Shown here one piece after another: positions 48,301 to 58,992 of a stretch of DNA of 64,000 bases. The notes under the pieces were generated by a model. The model had not been told where the DNA came from and made no database searches. It saw nothing but the letters and a program-made list of their open reading frames with translations. Origin of the DNA: Macrostomum lignano (lineage: Eukaryota). Location: the NCBI GenBank assembly GCA_002269645.1, contig NIVC01002815.1:25673-89672 (forward strand), given 5' to 3'. The position numbers were made by a program, and so were the translations under genes. The first letter of the stretch is position 1. The number at the start of each line of letters is the position of its first letter.

Positions 48301-49752
48301 CGTAATAAACCTGATACTTACTGGGCCCCTGAAACCACCGAGTGGAACACAGCGCACATATATATTGTACCGCAAAGCTTTTTAGCCGGCTGCTGCACGA
48401 TTGTCTGCAGTCTGTGCTGGACCCGCACCTCCGTTATGAGCAGAACGGGTTCTGGCTGCAACACGGTACGGTGACCTAGATCCTCGCGCTCCGCTGCGTC
48501 TAGAGTTCTGTGACACGCTGGCACTATTTCTTATTGTGCTGCTTCTGGACTGGGTGCCCTATCTAATAAACGCACTGCCCTCCCCTCCCCTCAGAGAATC
48601 GCACACGCTCGCATCACGGTTGAAGAATTGGTCTTCGTGGTTCCTGCGCTTTATTCCCGCTTCGGGCGTCAGGGACACGGCCCAGCAAAGACAAGTCCTG
48701 CTCTACACGGGCGGCAAAGAACTGGCCGAACTCTACAAGCAAATGACCATTACAGGAGAGACCATCGACCAACTTATCAAGGCATTCAAAGACTACTTTA
48801 CCTGTCGAAACTGCGTGGTTTTTTCACGGTATGAGTTCAGAAATTGTGTTCAACAGCCGAATCAGAGCATTGATGCATGGGTCAGTCGGCTCTACAAGAC
48901 GGCGGAAAGCTGCGAATTTTCTGATCTGCATGACTCGCTCATCCGAGATCAGGTCGTTGCCGGCAGTCACTCTGAGCAACTCAGGCGCACACTGCTGCAG
49001 ACTTCCAACATCAATCTGCAGGAAGCCTTGCATCAACTGAGCATCCGACTCAAGGATGGTGCCATCCCGGTCTGCCGACCTGCACTTACGCGACAATCGG
49101 ATGAGAACGCAACAGCACACACTGCACTGCATGTGCAGGCTGCGATTTCTTGTTCTCTAACACGCAAGGTTCATGTATAGGATACTGTTATTCTATTGGC
49201 GACGGTTTAGGTTTAGTTCAGGGTTTGGGTTAAGGTTAGGGTTAGGATTTATGTCAGGTTTGAGATTAGGTTTTGCTCAATGTTAGAGTTAGGCTTATTG
49301 TTGTGGCTAGATTTATAGATTGGTAGTCAATTGTCGCAAACCTTTTTATGTAAAAATGCGGTTTGTCTCGCGTATAGACAGTGACATTGATAATCTAAAT
49401 ATACAAACAAAAGCTGAGACCAAATTTACCTGGACAAATTTGCCACAACAACGGAGAATCGACATCGTTCTCCACAGGCGCAGGCCATTTCATTCTGGTC
49501 CCGAAGCTGAGGCTTCTTTTCTGTGTCATCTGGCTTCTTCTGGTCTTCTCTATCCTATAGAAATCCCATTTCTAAAGCAAGATTCTTGAGCTGCTTTTGC
49601 TGCTGCTTTTCTTGCTCCTCCTGTTCCTGCTTTTTCTGCTGCTGCTCCATCAGGCAACGCGCTTTCCATCGCTCTTCTCTGGCTTTGGCGCCGCGGTCGG
49701 ATTTGTAAACAATTTTGCGGGCTGCTTCAGCAAAGTGGCGATATCCCGACAT
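45305..49752 (-). CDS. Putative 5-exon gene of unknown function with in-frame TAG in exon 1
   Basis: Candidate exons are 49752-49430, ~47600-47447, ~47165-46934, 46163-45966 (or 45945) and 45466-45305. The last three join well in phase; the first two are tentative. No family was recognised. Confidence 0.45.
47665..48510 (+). mobile_element. Decayed RTE-like LINE fragment (endonuclease C-terminus to RT N-terminus)
   Basis: Broken frames give QLEKVPSGDTLVVL*DLNA (APE GDxNA motif), FVTGRENAN and LQSVLDPHLRYEQNGF..ILALR (RT domain 1-2). Confidence 0.7.
48536..49180 (+). mobile_element. Second Gypsy remnant: gag fused to pre-RT segment
   Basis: WSSWFLRF, RYEFRNCVQQPNQSIDAWVSRL, CEF and IRDQVVAG are followed directly by HQLSIRLKDGAIPVCRP. 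Confidence 0.75.
49205..49290. repeat. Degenerate (TTAGGG)-like tract
   Basis: GGTTTAGG..GGGTTAAGGTTAGGGTTAGG. Confidence 0.6.
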
Positions 49753-50004
49753 CTTGAATTCAAATTGTATGCTGAAGAGAGTTTATTAGACAAGCTTTTT
49801 AATGAATAACTAAGCTATCCACTTAATTTATGTCATGTATAGATAAAATTGAGCTATCAGCAAAAATCTTTTTCAGCAAAAAGCCCTTTCTCAGTTCAAA
49901 GCCAAGCAATGTGTCTGTGGCCAAAATTGAATCAGTAAATCGTTAACTAAGTCCACTTGCAAGACTAGGATACTTTTTCCTACTGCAAGACGAAGCTTCA
50001 TGTA

Positions 50005-50615
50005 TACTGTCCGTCAAAAGTTCCGGAACCCTTGCTACGATGTCTTCTAGCGGACATAATTTCAGTCCGTTTCAATTGTAACTTGATTCAAATGAAAGCT
50101 GCGGATCTCAGCTCCATGATGTGGTCAAGAAAAAGTTTATTCGAAGGAGCGCGTGTGAACAGGCCAGTGTTATGTACATAAAGGTTAGAGAAAAAAAAAA
50201 GTGAGGAAAAGACAAACAAGCTATTGTCTATGGTTGCTGAGTCTATGGAGCAAACACACATGGGAAGGAATCGGTTTGCGCGCAGTGTTCAGCCTGGCTA
50301 ACATTAGTCTATGGCCAAAACTTGTGTTGAAATCAACAGGCTCTTATGGATTCTTGTGCAGTCAGCTTTCATGGGAGAGTAAAAAAGAGTAAAAAACAAT
50401 TGCTTGTTTGTCTTTTCCTCACTTTTTTTCTCTAACCTTTATGTACATAACACTGGCCTGTTCACACGGGCTCCTTCGAATAAACTTTTTCTTGACCACA
50501 TCATGGAGCTGAGATCCGCAGCTTTCATTTGAATCAAGTTACAATTGAAACGGACTGAAATTATGTCCGCTAGAAGACATCGTAGCAAGGGTTCCGGAAC
50601 TTTTGACGGACAGTA
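50005..50615. mobile_element. Tc1/mariner-type MITE with ~220-bp TIRs and TA TSD
   Basis: TA|TACTGTCCGTCAAAAGTTCCGGAAC ... GTTCCGGAACTTTTGACGGACAGTA|TA. The arms 50005-~50226 and ~50397-50615 are near-perfect reverse complements. Confidence 0.92.
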
Positions 50616-51299
50616 TAGTAGATAAAAATTCTTTTTCGGCCCTGGGGATTTATACAAATTGCTCCCTCAAAAGGCACGTTCATCTCATATAAAACATAGG
50701 CTTAAAGATTTTACGGGATACTATTGAATACTTCCAAATAAAACAGAGCGGAAATAATTTTTTGAAAGTCATTTTCTATGTTTTTTTTTAATTTAACTTT
50801 AATTTAAATAGAAAATGGCAGTTTCCGTCTAGGCAAAATTGCTTGACGGCAGAATTCAGGGTGATAAACGGGCTCAGCTTTTGGCTTTATATTGTCTCCT
50901 TGGCTGTATGGCTTTTGGCTTATGGCTTATATGACTTGGCTTATATTTGGCTGTTTGCAGTTTCTGCCATAGGCATTTAATGTGGCTGACTGCTAGATTT
51001 GGCTAATCTGCCAGAAATGAACGCACTCTTGCAAAAACCGAAGTTGAAATTTGAAGCTGAAGTTGAAGTTGAAACAAGTACAGCTATGTCGAGCGGATTA
51101 ATTAGAGAGGACAATATGAACACTAGAATGGTTGAGCACCTGTGTGTGAATATTTTCTGCAGAAATACCTTGTGTTTTTCGTATTTAGTAGACTTAATTT
51201 ATTCGTGCATTTTTTGGCCAACTTATTGATAATGCATCGTGCAATAAGAGGCCGTAAAGACGGTCTCTTACTGCGAAGACTCAATTTATTGGATGTCTT

Positions 51300-51797
51300 A
51301 ATTTATTTGCACCACGGTGCAGATAAATGCCGCTACCTCCTCGTGGTGAGAGCGGAGAGCCGCGCTTAACTGCTGCGGCGGCCAAATGCGGCAGGACCAA
51401 GCGAGGGCAGCGGAGCGCGCGTCGGCGAGTCGAACGCCGTCGCGAGCAAAACTGGCGAGGTCGGCAACGTGGCGCCGCCCGCCGAGCTGCTGCTGCGCTG
51501 GCCCAATTGGATCTTCCGGGTGGCGCCGGGGACCATGAGGCTCACCAGCACAGAGCCCCAGCCGTACCAGAGGGCACGCTTCGGGTCGGGACGCTGAACT
51601 GCCGCACTCTCAAGGCCACATGGCGGAGAGGGCTGCTGGCGAGGCTAGCGCTCGACCTCAGCTGTGATGTCATCGCACTACAGGAGGTGTCTATCAGAGC
51701 CGACCCCAGACTTCACTGTGAGGACCTGGGTGCCGGTTGGACACTCTGGTACACCTCAGCGGATGAGCGAGGCCGTGGAGGAGTTGGAGCGCTGATC
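51300..51797 (+). mobile_element. RTE-like LINE 5' fragment (APE endonuclease N-terminus), 3'-truncated
   Basis: LRVGTLNCRTL..DVIALQEV..GWTLWYTSADERGRGGVGALI, then an abrupt switch to AT-rich DNA. Confidence 0.8.
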
Positions 51798-52699
51798 GTA
51801 GTTTACAGACAGTTTTAGTGCCTGTGCAATTAGCGGGTGCGTTTGTGTTTAGTGTATTTACTTGTCAGCCGTTTTTGTTTTTTTTGACGGTACGAAGCTA
51901 ATTAATTTTGAATTACTTCTAAAATGCGATAATTATTGCAGTTGCAAAAATAGGCTGTTTTTATTATAGTAAAATTGTACCTATTTTTCATTGGCCAGCT
52001 TTTATTTTACTACACACTTTGCCGACGCAGTTAGCGGGCGCATTTGCTAGTATATCTATCGAAAATAATAAATTCTACTAATTGTCCTGATTTCTGGATC
52101 CCAAACACGATTAGAAAAATCCCTATTGTTTCCAAAGTTGATCGAAATTATATAACTCCTTTTTACTATTACTTTTATGTGATGATTAATGCAGTTGTCA
52201 GCTTTTCTAGTTTTTAGTATAGTAATACTATACCTACTTTTAACTGACCAGCATTTTTACTGCACACTTTGCCTACGCAGTTAGCGAGCGCATTTGCTGA
52301 TATAGCTATCAGAAATAAATTTTACTATTTTCCTGTTATAATTGTTTCGTTCCTTTTTTATTTTGCATAAACATGAGAAGATCATGAACATGAACATGAT
52401 CTGTTGTTTTGTTAGTCTTTAAATTTCATGTAGCAAATAAGCCAAGCAAAGCTTTGTAGGTCAGCAAAATTCGATCCAATTCAGATAAATTCTGTTAGTC
52501 ACACTTCAGTTTTATTAAAAGGAAAAGTTCTGCTGTGCAAATTTTATACCTATTACAAGTCTGAGTGTGTAATGTACAGACAGTTTATTTTAAGTTTCAA
52601 GCACTGAATTACGAGTTACGCCACTGATGTACGAGCTAAAGCCCCGTAGAATAGCTTCTAATACGAGCTATAGAAACAACATGAACAATAAATTACATT

Positions 52700-52950
52700 A
52701 GCCCAAGAGTTACAGAAATAGGGGCAGTGTCCAATGGCTCGCCGCAGGGCTAGCAAGAGAACGAAGTCCACCCGCCGGCGGTGTCCAGCGCATTGGCGTC
52801 GCACAGCAGGCAGTCCAGTGAGTCCACATATCGCTGAGTTTGAGCCTGCCCCCCCCCCTGAACAGGCCCTGCATGGTGAGCAGGACGTCCTGGACAGGTT
52901 GGGGGCAGTAGCTTTCGGCACGGATGACGTACACGTAGTCCGAGCTATAT
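52700..52950 (-). mobile_element. LINE 3'-end fragment (post-RT region)
   Basis: YVIRAESYCPQPVQDVLLTMQG..RG..DCLLCDA resembles the RTE-type GHVxR...RG...D C-terminus. Frameshifted at a G/C run. Confidence 0.45.
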
Positions 52951-53001
52951 TTTTTACAGCTGTCTGCATTAATATTAGTGGTACTCCAGCTAGCACTTGT
53001 C

Positions 53002-53190
53002 CGGCTGGCAGTTTTCCGGCTGGCAATTGTCGACTGGCAGTTGTCGGCTGGCAGTTTTCCGGCTGGCAGTTTTCTCGGCTGGCAGTTTTCCGGCTGGCAG
53101 TTTTCTCGGCTGGCAGTTGTCGGCTGGCAGTTTTCGGCTGGCAATTGTCGGCTGGCAGTTGTCGGCTGGCAATTGTCGGCTGGCAGTTGG
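53002..53190. repeat. 14-16 bp tandem repeat (GGCTGGCAGTTTTCC / GGCTGGCAGTTGTC)
   Basis: About a dozen variant units visible; typical of transposon sub-terminal repeats. Confidence 0.9.
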
Positions 53191-54080
53191 GGTGGACCCG
53201 CCGTGAGCGCCGCGCTGTCACCAGTTTTGCACCCCGAACAAAGAAATTGGTAGTGAATGTGACAAGATTCGCAAACTAGCTAGTGATGTTATCGGGTTGT
53301 ATTAGTAGTACTAGTACGAGTAGAATACAATAAACGAAGCCTTAGGCAGTTCATCAAGAGTAAGATGAGATGAAATGAGAATTGAGACTCGCTGCTTTTG
53401 CTTTTACAGTTTGATTGTTACGAAAGGGATTACGGATTATATTTGTGATGGTCGATGGTCAAAGGTACCCAGGCAGCAGGCCAGTAAGACGGAAAAGATG
53501 GAACAGATAGTGGTACTCAGCATGGTGGCCGCTGCATCACAGACCTCCGTCACCCCCCCCTCCCCCAGGCAATCGGGGGGGCGCGGTCAACACCAGAAAC
53601 TGTTGTAACATACGAGCGTATTACAAGAAGCAAGCCATTGCGCAAATTTATTAACATCAACTGTAATGATATAAGTATAAAACCTTTTTAATATAAATGA
53701 TCACCAAGTTGAAGCGTTACAAAATGAAGTTTAGAGTTTAGTCAAAGAAGGAAAATAGAAAGGCCGAGTTATTCATAGTCAAACCTCTATAAATCTGCAC
53801 GAGCTATGAAAATGCTGAAATTGATTAAATTTACAATAAAGTGTTTCAAATATATATGCTTAGAATAGAGCGATAGAGCCGATATCTAGTCTTTAGGAGT
53901 ACTTTGTCTTAAAGATTGAAGAAAATATGTAACACAAGTAGCATTGTGGTAGTTATTGCGTACATTTGTAATGTTTCACTGTCACTAACAGTGAAAATAT
54001 TTAAGATTTAAGACCTTTTTACGAGCTGCCCCACGATCGATCGAAATCGATCGAAAGTTCCACGATCGATGATCCTAGAG

Positions 54081-54306
54081 CAGGGGTCGACAGGCCCGCA
54101 AGTCACATGCGGCCCACAAAGCCTCTCTAGGTTGATCTCTCAGCTGTCTTTTCTCTAATCTCCTCTTTTTTCGCCTCGCTTAGCCTCTCGCCCCTCCTTT
54201 CTCCGATATCTCATCTCTCTTCACTATTCTCTCCTCTCCTCTGACCCACATTTATGCGCTAGGTTCTCGATCTGGTGCTCAAGGTAAAAAACTTTGCTGA
54301 CCCCTG
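54081..54306. mobile_element. hAT-type MITE
   Basis: TIR CAGGGGTC...GACCCCTG with a perfect 8-bp TSD TCCTAGAG (54073-54080 and 54307-54314). CT-rich interior. Confidence 0.9.
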
Positions 54307-54572
54307 TCCTAGAGAGAAAGCGTTCACAAAACACGGTCACAGGCTAAAATGGTGACCCTCTATTCTCTAAAATATAAAATAAAAAACCATAAATAAAAAA
54401 CAAACGGTAGAATTTTTATACAGGAATAATAATACGTGTATCAATAAGGCTCAGAATAGGATTCGTGCTTTCCTGATTTAAACTCGAAAAAAGAATGCTT
54501 TATTAAGTACACGATCTAATAAGGTATTTTGAAACGATTTGCACGCACATTAGGCAATAAAGTTCAAAAAAC

Positions 54573-57500
54573 TCACTGCAGAAGTGAAATACAAAATATG
54601 CTAAACAGTTTGGCAAGGTGGATCAACAACCCAACAGTCTGACGAGCGGCACTTGACGAGAGACATGGTGGTTCCAGATGGATGCCATTCAACGATAGCC
54701 GCGGCGGCTGCAGAAGTTTCGACACTGATGGGGAACAGTTAGAATATTTTGAGCACAGCTGAGCGCACGGAGGGCACACTAAACTGCCATAGTACAGGCT
54801 GTAGTTCCCAGCTAAAGAAAAATCCACTTTGCCGCCACCAACTGGACAGGCGAATTCTCTACCACCAGCCAAGGTGACAATCGGCGCGCCGCCGGTTGCT
54901 GGGGGCACCGAACAGGATAGCAACCGCTGCCGTATGTGGCGGCCGCGTGCCTGCGACCACAGAACTGCAATTGGAATGGCTCAGGCTGGATGAGGCATAC
55001 GGATTTCGATCCGAACAGCTCCATGCCGGGATTAGCCGATTTCACTGGCTGATTGCCAATTCGAAAACAGTCAGAATTGCGATCAGTGGATTTGCTCAAG
55101 GTAGTGTAGGCCTGAGGATAAGGACAATAGTCGGCAAAGCGACTCGTACCACCGTAGCGAGTAAAGGATTCTGAGCTTAGAAGTTTCACACCTCCCGGAG
55201 ATAGACCAGCCTGCTGAATGTTGACATCGCCGCCAAAGTACTGATACTCCAGCGGTAGTTCATTAGACAGCTCATCCAGATTGCAGTACCGCTTGGAGCG
55301 GCGATCATCGGAGCAGCCAGTGCGAAGCATGGCGTCTCCCCGAGGCCCAGTATGCTTCGGTGCCAAATTGCAGTAAGGCCAGGCCGATTGATGATGCGAC
55401 ACCATCCAGTCGTAGCAGCTATTGTAGACAAACTTGCAGCCTAGATTGCGACCCCAGGCAATTGGCTGAGCCGTTGAATAGTTTGCAGAGTACCTGCAAT
55501 GAGTGATGCAATAATGAAATCGATTAAGGCAAAGCTTTTTTGATCGGAGAAGGAAAAATGACAGTAATGAAATCGCGTTGATTGCGTCAAAAACTACTCG
55601 AGATTGCACAGTTTTAGAAACAAGTCAAAATTATATAGATCTTTCTTATACATGCCTTTTTCTAACCGGATCTTCAAGGTATGTACTGTGCAGTTTTGAT
55701 AGGACTTTAAACGCTAAAGAGCGCGTCATTGACATGGGTTCATGATCCCAGTGAAGACGAATAAATTAAAAATAGAAAAATTGTGAGGGTCAGGGTCATA
55801 TGAAGTTGGCACATAGACATAACTAATCCTACACGCTACTCCGAGGAAATCTGCCATAGACATTTTTCGTGATTCCATAGCGACGCCTGATAGAATACAC
55901 AGTTTTTCTCTTTACGTCCAGCCATCGCGAAATGTGCTCAGCACTATCACCTCTCTCGATGGCAGCAGCGACAATCAGGTCGTACTTTTCGTTGCTTATC
56001 TTGCGATAGGGTTCTTGCCCTGCAGGATTCTGCTCATCCACTGCATCTTGGGCTGTAGCAAAACTTTCGTCACTGCTCTGCTCGCTAAATTCTTCGTCTG
56101 CCATATCTATGTCTGTCTAATGAAATCTGTTCTTTACTATGGTTTAAGGCTTGCACAACTATGGAAAGGATTAATTGCGCGCCAGAATTCTCAAATTGGT
56201 TGCTCCACAGACCCCCTTCGGGCCATAGACGATGAAAAGCAAGTCTTCAATAGCTTGATTTTCCCACTAAGGATTAAATTGCTTGCTCCTAGGCTCAATT
56301 GGCTTGAAAAATGCTATAGTAGATCAGTAGAAGAGTTAGTTTTTTTACTAAAAATATTCGTTTTGTATTTCTCACCAGCCGGTATCTTCTAAGAAGGCAA
56401 GTGTGAACTCCGAAACAACAGACGAGCCCGTATATGCGGCGGTCATGAGTTCGCTTTCCAAAAGACGCTTCTCCCAGTGAGTCAGCGCCGAGCCCAGTTT
56501 GCCCTGATTCTCCAGTGGTAAGCCGGGCATTTTGGGACAGTTAAAGTGCGCCCGCACTAACGAAACGAGGCGAGGCGTGACTACGTAGTGTCTGGTTAGG
56601 TTGTAAACACCTCGTGCGGAACGCCAAGGCTCTTTGGTCTGCAATGAATTCGTAAATTCGCTCAGCAGAATGTTTCTATTAGACTTAGGCTTGGTATTTT
56701 TTTGAAAAAAGCACTGCAGTTTTATGGTATCTACGAGCGTACGAGTAACAGTAGAAATACCAAGCACCAAACTACATTTAAACCAGTGAGTTTTATTTAA
56801 GATCTTAAGGACGCATGTTTAGATATTTTTTTCTTTTTTGCTTTACAGGTATTAAATGAGATTAAACAGTAGCACGATCGATACAATTCGACTATGCACT
56901 ACTTATCAGGTAGCTTGTGAAAATCCATTGCTCTGATTTCAAGTTGTGTTTTCAGCCCAATCAAAAATCAAAACAGCAACTCTCAGAGAAATATTTAAGA
57001 TGATAATTAAATATTCGTACATTAAAATACAGAGATTTCATAGGAATTATCCTTTTGTAGCCCGATAGTTAGTCCGCTACGCTTCTAGAACGACGCAGAA
57101 TCATTGACATTGAGTTAATCCTTACGCCGTTTGTTAAGGCAAAGCTTTTTTGATCGGAGGGGAGCGTACAATTAATGGAAAACTTAGTAACGGACTTCAA
57201 TAAGTAAGTCACAGGTATACCTGAATAACGGTATCGTTGCCCCACTGATACAGTGTTACTCCGTCGTCCTCAATTAATCCCAACGCAGGCATATTAGTAG
57301 CGGGATTGCGCGGAGTTCTCGGGACGCCGTTGTCTTGGCGCATAAATGCGAATAGGGTAGCCGTGACACCCAGAGCGTGAAGCAGTTCGTGCCTAGCTGT
57401 GTACTGAGCCTCCGCCTGAGTTGTGGAGACATGCGAAAGTATAGCAAACTGCATTGACTCTGTGTCCGCAGATAATTATTGCACGTAGGTCTCTAGCAGC

Positions 57501-58992
57501 AGACACTTAAGTATCTCTGCTAAAGCCATTAACAAATCACTCACCGGATCGACAAGAAACCGACTACTAGACGTTGACCGACCTCTATCTGATCTACGAC
57601 GGCACAAATTGATGTACCCAGCAAGGGGGCGGTCAGTCAGGCCATCCAGCTGGCAGTGGGCCGAGTAGCCTAGCGTCTGACTGTCCGGCCCACCGCAGCG
57701 CACAGTGTCGTAGGCGGACACGTACAGGGCGTAGTTATAAGGCCAGCGAACTCCGGCGCCGCGACTGCCGCTGTGCTGGAGGCGGCCGCCATCTTGGGCC
57801 GGGGTAAGCTCGCGGCACAGGTCCAGGTGAGCGGCCGGCACGCTGGTGTGGCCGCAGAAAGCGGAACTGGAGCACCCGTCGGCGCAATAGTGCAAGAAGG
57901 CGCCGGTGACTGGACTGCGGACAACTCGGACTTTGTTGGACTTGCACGGCCTAGGCAGCCAGAATGCCACAGGCGGTGCCGACGACTGGTGGCGCACCTG
58001 TGCATGCATTGCGCGTTGGGATTTCTAAGATGAGCTTCTGCCATATAACTAGAAACGCAGCGATAAATCAAAGTTTTGGTTGATCTTGGTTGAAGATCGT
58101 TGATTAACCGAAACTTTGATTTATCATCGCTGCGTCTCTATGCTTCAATCATTTGCTCTGAAACTTTTATCACTTCTTGACGCATGTCTCAGCTTTGCAA
58201 TGACATCTTAGACGCATGATTGTCTTTTGTATTTCCCGAGATATTTGCTTCCAAAATGTGTTTGTAAGGGATGCCACTGAATTCGTCATTGGACACGCTT
58301 TGCATTCATGCCATTGTTTTTTCTTTAGGACAGAAAATTTCTGCTTATTAAATTTTAAAGCTGAATGTGGCGTCAGAGTAAGGAATGCATCCCAAAACAT
58401 GAATTCATTTTTTTGTTCGAATTATCTGTTCAGAGGAAAAATATTTGTTGGGAAACCCACACATCTTCTGATAGTTGCTTTGTCTTTGAAAACTTCCAAT
58501 ACGGTTTTCATTCTAGCTAAAAAAAACCTTAACTTGATGCGAAATATCGGTCGCTAAGCCGAGAATTTAAGCCCCTCTGTAGATGCTGAAATCGCCTTAA
58601 GAAACAACATTTACACGAAGTCCAAAGCGTAAACGCACCGACAACACGGATTGCCAATAGAGAACTGAATCTTCAACAAGCCTCCGCAGAGTGACAGACT
58701 CCGAATCTGTGGCGGCAGCTAATGAAGGTTCATAATGCACCAGAATTCGAAGAGGCTCAGTAATTTGAGTAGTAGTTGTAGCTGATTGAATTGCAACAAC
58801 ATCGCGTTCTCGACGAGCGAGCTCTGGTCCCTCGATTGACGTGGCTAAGGACGGAGCAGAGAATCCGCCGGTTTTGAAACCGTCATCAACGCACAGACTG
58901 CCGCTGGCTGGCGAATGACGCGGCAAACGGTGCAGGCAGTCCGCGACGGCCTCGACTGACCTTAGCACCAGTAGAAGTGCCGCGAAGTTCAT
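54573..58992 (-). CDS. LMLN: Leishmanolysin-like peptidase / invadolysin (M8 zinc metalloprotease), ~739 aa, with a 1-nt deletion near 54901-54905
   Basis: Exons 58992-58639, 57997-57545, 57448-57221, 56638-56376 and 55493-54573 have matching phases. Motifs: signal peptide, HELLHALG (HExxH), LENQG..THWEKR, ELMT, FLEDTGWY, ADYCP, CPPCAQLC and a hydrophobic GPI-like tail. One extra base in the C5 run restores a single frame. Confidence 0.9.
55829..56104 (-). mobile_element. Truncated IS630/Tc1-like transposase HTH fragment in LMLN intron 4
   Basis: ISNEKYDLIVAAAIERGDSAEHISRWLDVKRKTVYSIRRRY is a paired-like HTH. No DDE domain follows. Confidence 0.55.
58050..58140. repeat. ~90-bp inverted repeat (mini-MITE or hairpin)
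   Basis: AGAAACGCAGCGATAAATCAAAGTTTTGGTT pairs with AACCGAAACTTTGATTTATCATCGCTGCGTCTCT, flanked by TA. Confidence 0.75.

Noticed and set aside
39420-49560. Alternative genetic code (TAG/TGA reassignment) suggested by in-frame stops
   Set aside because: Other genes here terminate normally at TAG, TGA and TAA, and the few internal stops co-occur with indel-type lesions.
52658-53279. Overlapping 144-187 aa ORFs on both strands
   Set aside because: They are produced by the GGCTGGCAG tandem repeat and a LINE fragment.
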